IMG/VR virus record: IMGVR_UViG_2875703104_000005
Source of the DNA: a virus
Lineage: Duplodnaviria; Heunggongvirae; Uroviricota; Caudoviricetes
Length of the DNA stretch: 42,114 nucleotides
Reading direction: 5' to 3' (one strand)
The first letter of the stretch is position 1; each line of letters starts with the position of its first letter. This document shows, piece by piece, positions 25,129 through 34,840 of the stretch. The notes beneath the pieces were generated by a model. It was not told where the DNA came from. It did not search any database and saw only the letters and a list, made by a program, of their open reading frames with translations. Both the position numbers and the translations under genes were made by a program.

Positions 25129-27875
25129 TGCCTGTTGTTCCTACTACATCCGGACGCCAGGTGCAAAGTCGTGGTGTGCAAACCGGTGGTTTTCAGACCT
25201 TCGATGTTCCTCAAGCAGGTCAGGTGCTGGCGAATGTCGCAGATCAGTATGCGGTGGCATATGGTGAAGCCAGGCAGAAAGCGAATGTTGCTATGGCCCA
25301 GGAGGCGTTACTGCAATTTAACCAATTTGCAGATGACCAGATTAACAACCCTGAAAATGGGCTGATTTCTAAACAGGGTAAAAACGCTCTTGGTCAGAGT
25401 GACGCTGTTATGAAAAATATGCAGGAAAGGGCTCAGGCATTATTAGGCTCAATTCCTGAAAGTGAGGAAAGGAATAAATTATCCTTTCAACTCCAGCAGT
25501 CTATGCAGTCTTATTACAATCAGGCACGTCGATATGAAGTTGGGCAGTTTCAGCAATTCCAAGATCAAACGTATTTGTCAGGAAATGCATTGGCTGTCAC
25601 TCAGTCTGCGGGGCTATATAGCGATAACCAAGCATTTGTCGATTTAGCCAAGCAGCGATTTGAATCTATTGATCAATACGCTGATGCGCATGGGCTTCCT
25701 GATGAGTGGCGTGTTCAGCAGAAAACTCAGCTCAAGGAACAAATGGGGCAGCAAGCATGGATAGGAAATATCGCTCAAAAATACAACGAGTTTCTTCAGG
25801 TTAATGGAGAGCCAGGGGATCTTGATGGTGTGAGTCGTGCAATATCACATGGTAATTCATTGGATGCTCGTGGTTTACGTAATAATAACCCCGGTAATAT
25901 TGAAGCGAGCAAATCTAACCCGTGGGAAGGTCAGATCGGTAGCGATGGACGTTTTGCAACGTTTGCTACCCCTGAGCATGGAATCCGCGCGTTGGGTAAA
26001 AATATGTTGTCTTACCAGCGTCAAGGCTATGACACCGTTAGCGAGATTGTTAATCGCTATGCTCCGGCTAGTGATGGTAATAATACTGATGCTTATATTA
26101 GGGCATTGTGTGGTGAGCTTGGTGTTGGGGAGAATGATCAGCTTGATATCTCTAACCCAAAGACACTAGCTGCTTTATGTGCTGGGATTATTAAACACGA
26201 AAATGGCAGTATGCCTTATAGCACCGAACAGCTTGAAACTGGTATCTCGGCAGCCCTTGGTCTAACTAACCTTGATTCACCTAAGCGTTATACGGGCAAT
26301 GCGGCATTTGATGCTATGAGCCCTCAAATGCAAATACAGGCATTGAGGCAGGCTAATGAGCTGAGAAATCAGTACCGCCAGCAGTATGCGGACCAGCTTA
26401 GCACCGTAGTTAAAGATGCATATTCAGCCCTTGATGAAGGATTGAAACCTGAGAAGTTACCTTCTGAGGACGATTTTATCCGGGCCAATGGTCCGCGCAT
26501 TGGCGCTATGAAGTGGAAGGATATGCAGGCGCAGATACAATATGGAGGTGTCATTGGTGCCGCTAAAGACCTCACTCCAGAAGGACGGCAAGACATTCTT
26601 GAACGTTTACGTCCACAGGATCCAAACGCTCCTGGATTTGCAGCTAACCAGCAACGCTGGGAGAAAATGCAGGCCAAATTTAAAGAGATGGATAGGGAGT
26701 GGGAGATTCAGCAGGGAAGAAACAGGTTCGTGTCTTCAATGCAAAATAACTTCCCGCTGGACCCGAACGACAAAAACAATCAGGCAGCGGTAGACCGTTA
26801 TTTCGCGCAGGATATCGCGCCTTCGTTTTCCATATCTGATCCGCAGAGCATCAATACACTGGTCACCGTCACAACTAAAAGCGGCATGATACCAACTCAG
26901 ATTAAAACAATGCTTAACAGTGGAGCGACATCAAGAGATCCTGCGCTGGTTGTCCCGATGGCAAAATTCTACGGTCAGTTATTCGATAATAATCCGGCGG
27001 CAGCGGCAACACTTGATAAAAGTACGATGGCATTTTACGGCAAGGTTTACGATTATTCCCGCGCTGGCGTGCCGGAGGATAAGGCTGTTGATATGGCTTA
27101 CAGCCAGGTGTTCCAACAGGATGACCGAATGAAACAGATGCTTTCCACTGCCATGCGAGACAAAAAATATGTCGCGGCGAGGGCAACTGCTGCACAAAAT
27201 AACGCCAGCAGTCTGACTTCCTTTGGTTCGTGGTCTCCGGATATTACCGATCCAGGAAAATCAAATGCGGCCTATCAGCGAGATTACCAGACAATTTACG
27301 ATGCTAACTTTGTACAGACAGGTGGCGATGCAGAACAGGCTGAGAAAATGACCAATGCCATGATCAGAACCACTTGGGGAGTTTCTACGGTTAATGGCAA
27401 AGCAGAGGTTATGAAGTATGCACCTGAGGCATTGTACGGAGTAAATAATGGTGCTGGTAACTGGATACAGGGGCAGTGGGAGCAGGAAAAACGCGAGCTT
27501 AAATCAAAATCCTTTGGCGGTCCTCGCAGTGATACGGACTTAATACTTGTTTCTGATGGCCTTACGGCAAGGGATAGGAGTTATGCTGTTATGGTTTTAC
27601 AGCCTGACGCAAACGGAGCGATAGAACCGAGAAATTATATTGGAGAAAATGGTCTCCCTGTTCGTTTCAAGCCGGATCAGCTGACATCTCCAATGTACAG
27701 GCAAACCATTCAGTTCCAGCAACAGCGTGTTGATGAGGCTAGAGTGCGGAGAGAAGGCAATCCGCTGCCGCAGTTCAGCAATAAAGATGGATATACTCCT
27801 CCAGATCTGACAAAACCATTCGGTTATGGTTCAGCCAATTACCTTCCGAGCAATATATACGCAGGGGGCAAATAA
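25128..27875 (+). CDS. Large internal virion / core protein
   Basis: 915 aa; contains a conserved block RNNNPGNIEASKSNPWEGQ ... FATFATPEHGIRA inside an AT-rich, apparently mosaic middle segment. Confidence 0.5.
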   Translation: MPVVPTTSGRQVQSRGVQTGGFQTFDVPQAGQVLANVADQYAVAYGEARQKANVAMAQEALLQFNQFADDQINNPENGLISKQGKNALGQSDAVMKNMQERAQALLGSIPESEERNKLSFQLQQSMQSYYNQARRYEVGQFQQFQDQTYLSGNALAVTQSAGLYSDNQAFVDLAKQRFESIDQYADAHGLPDEWRVQQKTQLKEQMGQQAWIGNIAQKYNEFLQVNGEPGDLDGVSRAISHGNSLDARGLRNNNPGNIEASKSNPWEGQIGSDGRFATFATPEHGIRALGKNMLSYQRQGYDTVSEIVNRYAPASDGNNTDAYIRALCGELGVGENDQLDISNPKTLAALCAGIIKHENGSMPYSTEQLETGISAALGLTNLDSPKRYTGNAAFDAMSPQMQIQALRQANELRNQYRQQYADQLSTVVKDAYSALDEGLKPEKLPSEDDFIRANGPRIGAMKWKDMQAQIQYGGVIGAAKDLTPEGRQDILERLRPQDPNAPGFAANQQRWEKMQAKFKEMDREWEIQQGRNRFVSSMQNNFPLDPNDKNNQAAVDRYFAQDIAPSFSISDPQSINTLVTVTTKSGMIPTQIKTMLNSGATSRDPALVVPMAKFYGQLFDNNPAAAATLDKSTMAFYGKVYDYSRAGVPEDKAVDMAYSQVFQQDDRMKQMLSTAMRDKKYVAARATAAQNNASSLTSFGSWSPDITDPGKSNAAYQRDYQTIYDANFVQTGGDAEQAEKMTNAMIRTTWGVSTVNGKAEVMKYAPEALYGVNNGAGNWIQGQWEQEKRELKSKSFGGPRSDTDLILVSDGLTARDRSYAVMVLQPDANGAIEPRNYIGENGLPVRFKPDQLTSPMYRQTIQFQQQRVDEARVRREGNPLPQFSNKDGYTPPDLTKPFGYGSANYLPSNIYAGGK

Positions 27876-30800
27876 TGCCGATATATGAACAGGATCCTAA
27901 AGAGTTGCTTGGCGAGGGTATTCAGCAAATAGCAGCACCTGATGACAGTAATTTCTATATGGAAACACCTTCTTTGCTTTCTGCTGTGAACCCATTTACC
28001 AGTGATCAACGCGTTCAAAGGTCTAGACAAGCAGCATTTCGTATAGATAACACGCTGGGTAGCTTTATTGCCAGTGCTCCTTTCAGTCAGTTTGACAGGG
28101 TTGAAGGATATAACCCATTTGATAACGATGCAGCAGATATTAAAGGCTATGAAGATTTTGCAGATTCGTTTATCAACTCCGGTTCGCATGAAGAAACAAT
28201 GGCAATTAAACATCGAATCGATCAGCAGAGAGCTGACATGGAATACAATTCAGGCTTGGGATTTGCTGGTACAGTCTCTTCTGTAGCAATGAGATTAGCA
28301 GATCCATTCAATGCGATTTCTATGTTTATTCCGTTCGGCGCTGTCGTTCGTGGCGGTCGTATTGCAGAAACAGCCGGACGTTTTGCTTTAGCCAATGCTG
28401 CTGGCAGTGTTGCTTCAGAGGCCGCATTGCAGGCCACTCAGGAAGCTCGCTCACCGATGGAGAGCGTATCGAACGTTGTTGTTGATGCTCTCGTTGGTGG
28501 GATCCTTGGTGCTGGTGCACAGCTACTTGCTGGACCTAGCGCGCGCGAGGCAGTGGTTAACTCAGTAGGTAATCATTTGCGAGGTATGGATTCTCCTCAA
28601 AGCATTGGTGCAGCTCAGGTTTTCAATACCACACTCGATCAGGAACAGCTTGCTGGACTTGGACTTGCTAACAAAACGTTGAGTGTCACTCCTGCTGGCC
28701 GCTTGGCGCAATCACCATCTCTTGTTTCCCGTCAGATTAACCAGCAGCTTGCCGAAAATAACTATTTCTTCGCCAAAAATGATGAGGGGTTGGCTACGTT
28801 TACGGCAGTCGAGACTAAGATTAAGCAATACGACGCCATGCTTTATAAGCAGATGGAAGCTACTCGTGATGCTTACCAGCAGTACAGCAAATCTGTCAGC
28901 GCCCGCGGCGTGAAGAGGATGAACTTTATTGATTTCAATGAAGCTGTTGGCATGGCTATGCGCCGTGGTGATCAGAGTGATATTCCTGAGGTTTCACAAG
29001 CAGCCGCCAGAATCCGCCCCATTTTTGAGACCACAAAAGCCCGTATGCAGGAATTGGGGATCCTTCCTGAGGATATCGATGTCGTGACGGCGAAGAGTTA
29101 TCTTCCCCGCATTTATAAGTTCGATAAGATACTTTCCGACCGCACTGAATTCAGAGGGCGAATTGCCAACTGGATACAAGGGATTAGTGCCAAAGGTGCT
29201 GACAAAGCAGGTCAGCGAATTGAAAAGATAAATTCATTGCTAAAAACTGCAGAGGAATCAGCACCGCGCGCTGATGCTCTCGCTAGTGAAATCGCTGAAG
29301 CGGAGAAATGGTCTGGTAAAAAAATTCTACTCATGGAAGAACTGGATAAACGAAATAAGCTTATATCTCAGGAGACTGACACACAGGCGCGTCTTACAAG
29401 AATAGAAAAAGAGTTGGCCGAGACTTCATCAGAAAAACTTCAGGCAAGAATGATGAAAGAAAGCTCTGACCTTAAAACACGCCTTGATGATATAGCGCAG
29501 GCAAAGAGTGAGCTTCCTGTCTATCAGCGCCATATGGAGTTGCTGGATAATCCACGGAAATATCGTTCTGAGCTTCGCCGACTGCAAAAACGGGCAAATT
29601 CAACCACAAGGCTGAATGCAAGCCGCGAGCGAGCACTGAAGCAGATGGAGCCTCTATCCCGAGAGGAAGCAGAGGACGCTGCTGACGAGATCGTGAATAA
29701 AATAATAGGCGCACCTTCCGGGCTTGTACCAGCCGATATTATCCCAGAGAGACTCGTTGGTCGGGCTGGTTTCACTAAAAGCCGAACGCTGCTTATTCCT
29801 GATGAGCGTATAGAAGATTTTCTTGAATCAGATGTTAACTACATCATGGAAAGTTATCTCCGGCAGGTGGCACCAGAAATTGAGCTGACTGCGCAGTTTG
29901 GCCGTAAAGATATGGGGGAGCAAATCCGTCAGGTTAGTGAGGAATATACCCGGCTAATAAAAGAGGCTAAAACACCTAAACGACGTGCAGCTCTTGAGAA
30001 GCAACGGGAGGCTGATATTAGGGATATTACGGCTATGCGTGACCGACTGCTTGGTACTTACGGCGCACCTCAAGATCCACGCAGTTTCTTTGTTCGTGCC
30101 GGGCGAGTTGCTAGGAATATTAACTTCCTCCGTTTGCTTGGTGGAATGACCGTCTCCGCTGCAACTGATCTGATGCGACCGATGATGCAGCATGGCCTGA
30201 GAAAATCTCTCGGACCAATGGTAAGCATGCTTAAAAATATGGACTCAGTGAAAATTGCAACCAGGGATTTGCGAGAAATGGCAGTTGGGCTTGATTATGT
30301 CCTGTCTACGCGTACAAAGGCTATAGCGGATCTTACTGACCCCTATAGCCGGAGAAGCGCCGCTGAGCGAGGTCTGAACTGGATGACGCAGAAATTCGGT
30401 AACTGGACGCTGATGAATCAGTGGAACAGCGCACTTAAATCATGGTCTGGGATGATAGTGCAGTCGAGGATACTTGACGCGGCTCGCCAAGTTTCTGCTG
30501 GTGGCACGCTCTCCAAAAGTGAAATGCGGAAGATGGCACAGGTCGGCATCAATGAAGATGTTCTGCGCCGAATCGGGGAGCAATTCGGGAAGCACGGAGA
30601 GGATATGGACGGGCTGTTAACCGGGCATAGTCATCTGTGGGATGACCGTTTCGCTAGAGAGATTTTCCAGTCTGCAGTGCTGAAAGATGTAGACTCAGTG
30701 ATTGTAACGCCTGGCGTAGGTGATACACCGCTGTTTTTTAGTAAAGAAGGCTGGAAGATGATCACGCAGTTCAAAACGTTTATCTTCGCACAGCATAACA

Positions 30801-31264
30801 GGGTGCTGGTATCTGGTATCCAGCAGGGCGATGCTGCATTCTATCTTGGTGCGCTTGGCACGATTGCGCTTGGCTCAATGGTCTATATGATGAAACAGAA
30901 GTTAAGCGGTCGCGATATCGACTACAGCTGGAATAACCTTGTGAAAGAGGGGATCGACCGGGGCGGAATGCTTGGCTGGCTCTCTGAGCCGCTGAATACC
31001 GTTGAGAACATAAGCGGCGGTAGGTTTGGTCTTGGCGCGATGTTTGGTGCGCCTCCGGTATCAAGGTTTCAGAGTCGTAATGCTATTGGTGCTTTACTTG
31101 GTCCTACCTTTGATCTTGGCGGTGATGCCGCGACGGTTGCGAATGGTGTACTTAACGGAGAATTTGACAGCCAGCAAACCCACGCGGTCCGTAAAATGCT
31201 ACCTTTTCAGAACCTGTGGGCGATATCACCATTACTGAATAAAGTTGAAGAGCAGATGAAATAG
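27875..31264 (+). CDS. Very large internal virion / DNA-ejection protein
   Basis: 1129 aa, long coiled-coil middle region, C-terminal hydrophobic segments; last gene of the core string. Confidence 0.5.
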   Translation: MPIYEQDPKELLGEGIQQIAAPDDSNFYMETPSLLSAVNPFTSDQRVQRSRQAAFRIDNTLGSFIASAPFSQFDRVEGYNPFDNDAADIKGYEDFADSFINSGSHEETMAIKHRIDQQRADMEYNSGLGFAGTVSSVAMRLADPFNAISMFIPFGAVVRGGRIAETAGRFALANAAGSVASEAALQATQEARSPMESVSNVVVDALVGGILGAGAQLLAGPSAREAVVNSVGNHLRGMDSPQSIGAAQVFNTTLDQEQLAGLGLANKTLSVTPAGRLAQSPSLVSRQINQQLAENNYFFAKNDEGLATFTAVETKIKQYDAMLYKQMEATRDAYQQYSKSVSARGVKRMNFIDFNEAVGMAMRRGDQSDIPEVSQAAARIRPIFETTKARMQELGILPEDIDVVTAKSYLPRIYKFDKILSDRTEFRGRIANWIQGISAKGADKAGQRIEKINSLLKTAEESAPRADALASEIAEAEKWSGKKILLMEELDKRNKLISQETDTQARLTRIEKELAETSSEKLQARMMKESSDLKTRLDDIAQAKSELPVYQRHMELLDNPRKYRSELRRLQKRANSTTRLNASRERALKQMEPLSREEAEDAADEIVNKIIGAPSGLVPADIIPERLVGRAGFTKSRTLLIPDERIEDFLESDVNYIMESYLRQVAPEIELTAQFGRKDMGEQIRQVSEEYTRLIKEAKTPKRRAALEKQREADIRDITAMRDRLLGTYGAPQDPRSFFVRAGRVARNINFLRLLGGMTVSAATDLMRPMMQHGLRKSLGPMVSMLKNMDSVKIATRDLREMAVGLDYVLSTRTKAIADLTDPYSRRSAAERGLNWMTQKFGNWTLMNQWNSALKSWSGMIVQSRILDAARQVSAGGTLSKSEMRKMAQVGINEDVLRRIGEQFGKHGEDMDGLLTGHSHLWDDRFAREIFQSAVLKDVDSVIVTPGVGDTPLFFSKEGWKMITQFKTFIFAQHNRVLVSGIQQGDAAFYLGALGTIALGSMVYMMKQKLSGRDIDYSWNNLVKEGIDRGGMLGWLSEPLNTVENISGGRFGLGAMFGAPPVSRFQSRNAIGALLGPTFDLGGDAATVANGVLNGEFDSQQTHAVRKMLPFQNLWAISPLLNKVEEQMK

Positions 31265-31265
31265 G

Positions 31266-32114
31266 ATGAAAAAAATAAATTTGTTTGGCATTGTGCTTTC
31301 AATAGTCGCTGTAAATCCTACAGCCGCCAGTTCATTGCAATGCAATAAGGATAACTTTGATGCATGCAAAACGTGTGAACAATTATCAAAGGCTATCGAC
31401 TTAAAAGAACCTAATCGCGGCGATTACTATAGAGGGGCTTTATGGAATGGGCTTTACGTCTCCTATGTAATTAATTGCCCTGTGGTTGCTGAGAAGTTAT
31501 TGAGCCATGGTGCTATACCATCATATGGCGGATATATGGGGTCTATGGGGGCGGTTCTGACAGGGAAATGGCCTCATAACAATGAATCAATAAATCTTTC
31601 ATGGGCAGATTTGCTTATAAAACATGGGTTTGATGTTAATAAGCATACTGGGCATTATAAATCAGCTACTGAGGTATGGGCTATAGATAAAAAACAGATT
31701 GAATATAAGTCAGTGTTTGACAAGTTAATTCAATCCAGCGAAGTAAAACCACTCGATCCTTCAAGAAATTTAGAATGGTGTGCGTCTGAAGGGTATCGCT
31801 CAGTTGTCGTTTATTCCCTTAACTCATGTATAGAAAATGCTATAAAACGTTTAGATGACGGTGTTTCTTCAGCGTCTGATATTTCATCCGCAGCCGTAAA
31901 TTCATGTACTAGCGATGTAGAAAATTTCAATAAGCATTTGTCATGCAAATCAGCTGTTAAAGAAAATTCTGATAAAGAGAAAAGAAACGTTTATCAGTTA
32001 TTAACCAGTGATAGTCAAATGAATAAAAATGTTATGGATATGCTGAAGGAAAGAAATATTGAAACGGTTCTTGAATTCAGAGCTGAAAATCGTGCAATGA
32101 AAACTTCACAATAA
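31266..32114 (+). CDS. Secreted protein of unknown function (low-GC moron)
   Basis: 282 aa; N-terminal signal peptide (MKKINLFGIVLSIVAVNPTAASS), several Cys, possible ankyrin-like repeats; markedly AT-rich compared with flanking genes. Confidence 0.5.
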   Translation: MKKINLFGIVLSIVAVNPTAASSLQCNKDNFDACKTCEQLSKAIDLKEPNRGDYYRGALWNGLYVSYVINCPVVAEKLLSHGAIPSYGGYMGSMGAVLTGKWPHNNESINLSWADLLIKHGFDVNKHTGHYKSATEVWAIDKKQIEYKSVFDKLIQSSEVKPLDPSRNLEWCASEGYRSVVVYSLNSCIENAIKRLDDGVSSASDISSAAVNSCTSDVENFNKHLSCKSAVKENSDKEKRNVYQLLTSDSQMNKNVMDMLKERNIETVLEFRAENRAMKTSQ

Positions 32115-32191
32115 TAAAACATCTGTTCTGGATTGCGCCACTAATAAACCAGGTGGATCCGGTGATGAAGTAATTTTATAGAGGTGCTTAT

Positions 32192-32488
32192 ATGGATATT
32201 AAAGAGTTTAGTGAGTTAGAGAGACGCTATGAGCAAGCTAAAACGAACCGAGCTATAGGGGCATTTATTGGCGGCGGTGGGGTATTTGCTCTGTTAGCCG
32301 ATTTTTTATGGGATGTTGCGAACCCAATATCAATAGGGGTATTAATAGGCGGCGGACTTGTTTTTTTTGCTGTATGCCACGAACAGGTTCGAAGTTCATT
32401 AAGAAAGTTGGATGAAGAATGTTATTTGAAGTATGGCAAGTCTTACTCTCAATCATTCCATGAAATTTTTAAAGACAAATATAATTAG
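32192..32488 (+). CDS. Small two-transmembrane protein (low-GC moron)
   Basis: 98 aa; two Gly-rich hydrophobic helices (AIGAFIGGGGVFALL; ISIGVLIGGGLVFFAV); GAGGTG RBS; AT-rich. Confidence 0.5.
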   Translation: MDIKEFSELERRYEQAKTNRAIGAFIGGGGVFALLADFLWDVANPISIGVLIGGGLVFFAVCHEQVRSSLRKLDEECYLKYGKSYSQSFHEIFKDKYN

Positions 32489-32836
32489 TTAGTGGCGGGA
32501 GAAATAGTACACACGGAAATAAGTTACCGTCATAATCAACCGTGTCGATATCGATACGGTTGATGTTTCAATACTTTCGCGGATTACAGGGCAGACTTTG
32601 TTTGGCTGAATGCTTGAAAGCCAAGCCGCAAACTTACGAAAGGCAAGGCATATCATTAACTGTTTACCGCCAGCAGAAGGTATTTCGATTTCCGAAATAC
32701 CTTTGACAAATCTCTGTTTTAATTTAACAAATTGAGCAGCCCAAACCATACCCATGCCTTCAACGATAGGTTTCATTGGGGTGTACGGTTCGCCGTTGTG
32801 ATTGACGACATAAAGCTCTGCGCCGTGTAATGGCAC
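32489..32836 (-). pseudogene. Probable truncated remnant of a phage regulatory / anti-repressor-like gene
   Basis: 115-aa ORF whose N-terminal two thirds look like a conserved phage domain and whose C-terminus is low-complexity; abuts the moron and the inverted-repeat leader. Confidence 0.3.
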
Positions 32837-32983
32837 GTTGATAGTAGTGACAAATTTGAAACATCGCTGGTTGTAAGCCAGCAGATGCTCGTTATTTTAC
32901 GTCGCGGCACAATTTCTCGCTGCTGGCTCTTTTACACACATTAACCAAATATGGTTGATTTTAATGTTTGTCTGTGTCTATCA

Positions 32984-33000
32984 TTACCTTTGCGGTAAAT
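32984..33000. promoter_or_regulatory. Operator-like palindrome ATTACC-TTTGC-GGTAAA at the start of the left anti-repressor leader
   Basis: Marks the start of the inverted-repeat leader that precedes the Bro-N anti-repressor gene. Confidence 0.5.
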
Positions 33001-33090
33001 TTACACCGCACTCCTCTTGTGCCATAGTAATCGGGCACTGGCAAAATCCAGTGCCGGGATTGGCGTCCCGGATTACTAAAAGGCGCATTC

Positions 33091-33110
33091 ACCGCGCAAG
33101 CGGTTTTTTT
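33091..33110 (+). terminator. Leader terminator / attenuator upstream of the Bro-N anti-repressor
   Basis: Stem ACCGC/GCGGT with GCAA loop and a 7-T run, about 100 nt downstream of the operator-like site. Confidence 0.5.
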
Positions 33111-33267
33111 ATGCGTATAGCACGGCCACATTCGTATTATGGTGGGCTGTGTGGGGGCACCGAAAGGTGCGCCGGGTCCTTTTAGCCGGTTACGCCAACC
33201 CTGCACAGTTCACCACCAACCGATTGGCGTCGGTAGTGGTGATTAACCAGACTAAAAGGTAACCACT

Positions 33268-33963
33268 ATGACAGCTACAAAAAGCACGTCCATTTTTTCT
33301 TTCGAATCTCAAGCCGATATACGGGTAATCGTCATTAATGGTGAGCCATGGTTTATCGCTTCAGATGTTTGTCGGGCTATAGGCATAGCAAACCATCGAG
33401 ATGCTGTTCGAAAACTTGATGATGATGAGAAGGGCGTCGCTTCAACCGACACCCCTGGCGGTGAGCAAGAATCGATCATTATCTCCGAGTCAGGCCTCTA
33501 CACACTGATCCTCCGCTGCCGCGATGCGGTGACACCAGGCACTATCCCATACCGCTTTCGTAAATGGGTTACAGGTGAGGTTCTTCCTCAGATCCGCCGC
33601 ACCGGAAGTTACATTAAAAACTCGCTCCCGCAGGAAGAACGCATAAAGATGGTTGCCGACCAGGTAGCCAACGCCACGGCGTCAGCAGTAATGCAGGCGA
33701 TGAAGATAGAGAACAAAACCTACAGTGCCCCGCTGAAGCCCGGCTACCGCAGCCTGATTCATTCGCCGTCGGGTGTTCTCGGCCTGACGGAGAACTCACT
33801 GCTGATGAATCTGCTGAACCAGTTACAGGAAGACGGGCACGACGTATCGGGCGCGGCGGCGGAACTGACCACCATGTTCTGCTACATCGTCGGTGTGAGC
33901 AAATGCCTGCGTGATATCCAGACGCACGCGGAGTACATCAACGACAAGGCAGGGTTCTTCTGA
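33268..33963 (+). CDS. Anti-repressor, Bro-N N-terminal domain with shared C-terminal domain
   Basis: 231 aa; Bro-N pattern (IRVIVINGEPWFIASDVCRAIG ... ESGLYTLILRCR); C-terminal 80 aa identical to the C-terminus of the 35074-35730 product. Confidence 0.7.
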   Translation: MTATKSTSIFSFESQADIRVIVINGEPWFIASDVCRAIGIANHRDAVRKLDDDEKGVASTDTPGGEQESIIISESGLYTLILRCRDAVTPGTIPYRFRKWVTGEVLPQIRRTGSYIKNSLPQEERIKMVADQVANATASAVMQAMKIENKTYSAPLKPGYRSLIHSPSGVLGLTENSLLMNLLNQLQEDGHDVSGAAAELTTMFCYIVGVSKCLRDIQTHAEYINDKAGFF

Positions 33964-33990
33964 CGGGCGGCGGCACAGGGATGTGCCTTT
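33721..33990. repeat. Inverted repeat, anti-repressor C-terminal domain, left arm (partner 35048-35316)
   Basis: About 240 bp coding the shared 80-aa domain plus about 25 bp of 3' flank; only about two mismatches seen. Confidence 0.8.
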
Positions 33991-34034
33991 AAATAATTCT
34001 GTACAGATTGCAGACTGGGGGTGAATAGCGTACT

Positions 34035-34051
34035 ATTACCTCAAGGGTAAG
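34035..34051. promoter_or_regulatory. Operator-like palindrome ATTACC-TCAAG-GGTAAG upstream of the moron
   Basis: 59 bp upstream of the ATG at 34110. Confidence 0.45.
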
Positions 34052-34109
34052 AAAGCATTTTTAATCTTCCCTTCAAAACGCGTCCTGTAGCCAAACATGG
34101 GAGGACGAA

Positions 34110-34742
34110 ATGAGAACAAATACAACAAGAAAAGCGATGCCATACATTATCCCAGAAGCAGATTTCGATAGAAAACTGAACATGTCTGAGAAGAACACTA
34201 GTCACACCGAAAGCTACTTAGCGAAAGGTGTGGTTGATTTCGTTCTTCCGGGATTCACAACACCTTATGGTTATCGCCTTGTAAAATCTTGTAATGGCGA
34301 TCATTACAGAATGATTACTACCAGCGATACTCCAGAAACGGTGTATGCGGTTAAGTTAATCTTTCGGGAAGATATCGTCGAAGCCAAAAGAACATGTACG
34401 CAGATCATGGTATGGCGTACGCCTAATGTTATTCATGACCGTGCTGTTCATGGTTTGCCTCAGATTTTTTTTCAGTTCTTCCTAGAGCAATATGCGATCG
34501 TTGTATCTGATGAGCAACAAACAATCGATGGGAGAAGATTCTGGGAAAGAATGATTTCTTGGGCTATAAACACCCCAGGATATAATGTATACGTTTCAGA
34601 TGGCTCTGAAGAAGATAGACCTCTTAGCTTCATGACATCATGGGATGATTTCTATAGCCAGTGGGCTGATTTCTGTTGGGGCAGTGATAAAGATGTGCAT
34701 ACCCACAGACTACTGGTTATAAGCAAAGATAAACTGCATTAA
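34110..34742 (+). CDS. Hypothetical moron protein with its own operator-like site and terminator
   Basis: 210 aa; GGAGG RBS; operator-like palindrome 59 bp upstream; strong terminator immediately downstream; lower GC than the core genome. Confidence 0.5.
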   Translation: MRTNTTRKAMPYIIPEADFDRKLNMSEKNTSHTESYLAKGVVDFVLPGFTTPYGYRLVKSCNGDHYRMITTSDTPETVYAVKLIFREDIVEAKRTCTQIMVWRTPNVIHDRAVHGLPQIFFQFFLEQYAIVVSDEQQTIDGRRFWERMISWAINTPGYNVYVSDGSEEDRPLSFMTSWDDFYSQWADFCWGSDKDVHTHRLLVISKDKLH

Positions 34743-34745
34743 TAG

Positions 34746-34770
34746 AAGCCCGCAGCGCGGGCTTTTTTGT
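34746..34770 (+). terminator. Intrinsic terminator after the moron
   Basis: 8-bp stem AAGCCCGC/GCGGGCTT, loop AGC, then TTTTTT. Confidence 0.7.
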
Positions 34771-34840
34771 GGACGAAACAAAAGTCAGTGCTACACTCAT
34801 TGACGCCACATTGAGGTGGCTTATAGATGGAAATTTCACA

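Larger units (their letters stand above)
32984..33267. repeat. Inverted-repeat leader, left arm (partner 35731-36017)
   Basis: About 285-bp leaders upstream of the two anti-repressor genes align in inverse orientation at roughly 85-90 percent identity by eye; explains the spurious similar ORFs 32955-33185 and 35758-36081. Confidence 0.75.

Noticed and set aside
15921-31264. Interpreting the window as a lytic T7-like phage
   Set aside because: Gene order of the structural module resembles podovirus gp8-gp16, but there is no phage RNA polymerase, and an integrase, repressor switch and anti-repressors are present, so this is a temperate mosaic prophage.
32955-33185. ORF-track ORF (76 aa) that shares a peptide (LCGKFTPHSSCAIVIGHWQNPVPGL) with ORF 35758-36081
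   Set aside because: Both lie inside the inverted-repeat anti-repressor leaders; the shared peptide is a consequence of the DNA repeat. The regions contain operator-like sites and terminator hairpins and have no RBS, so they are treated as noncoding leader.
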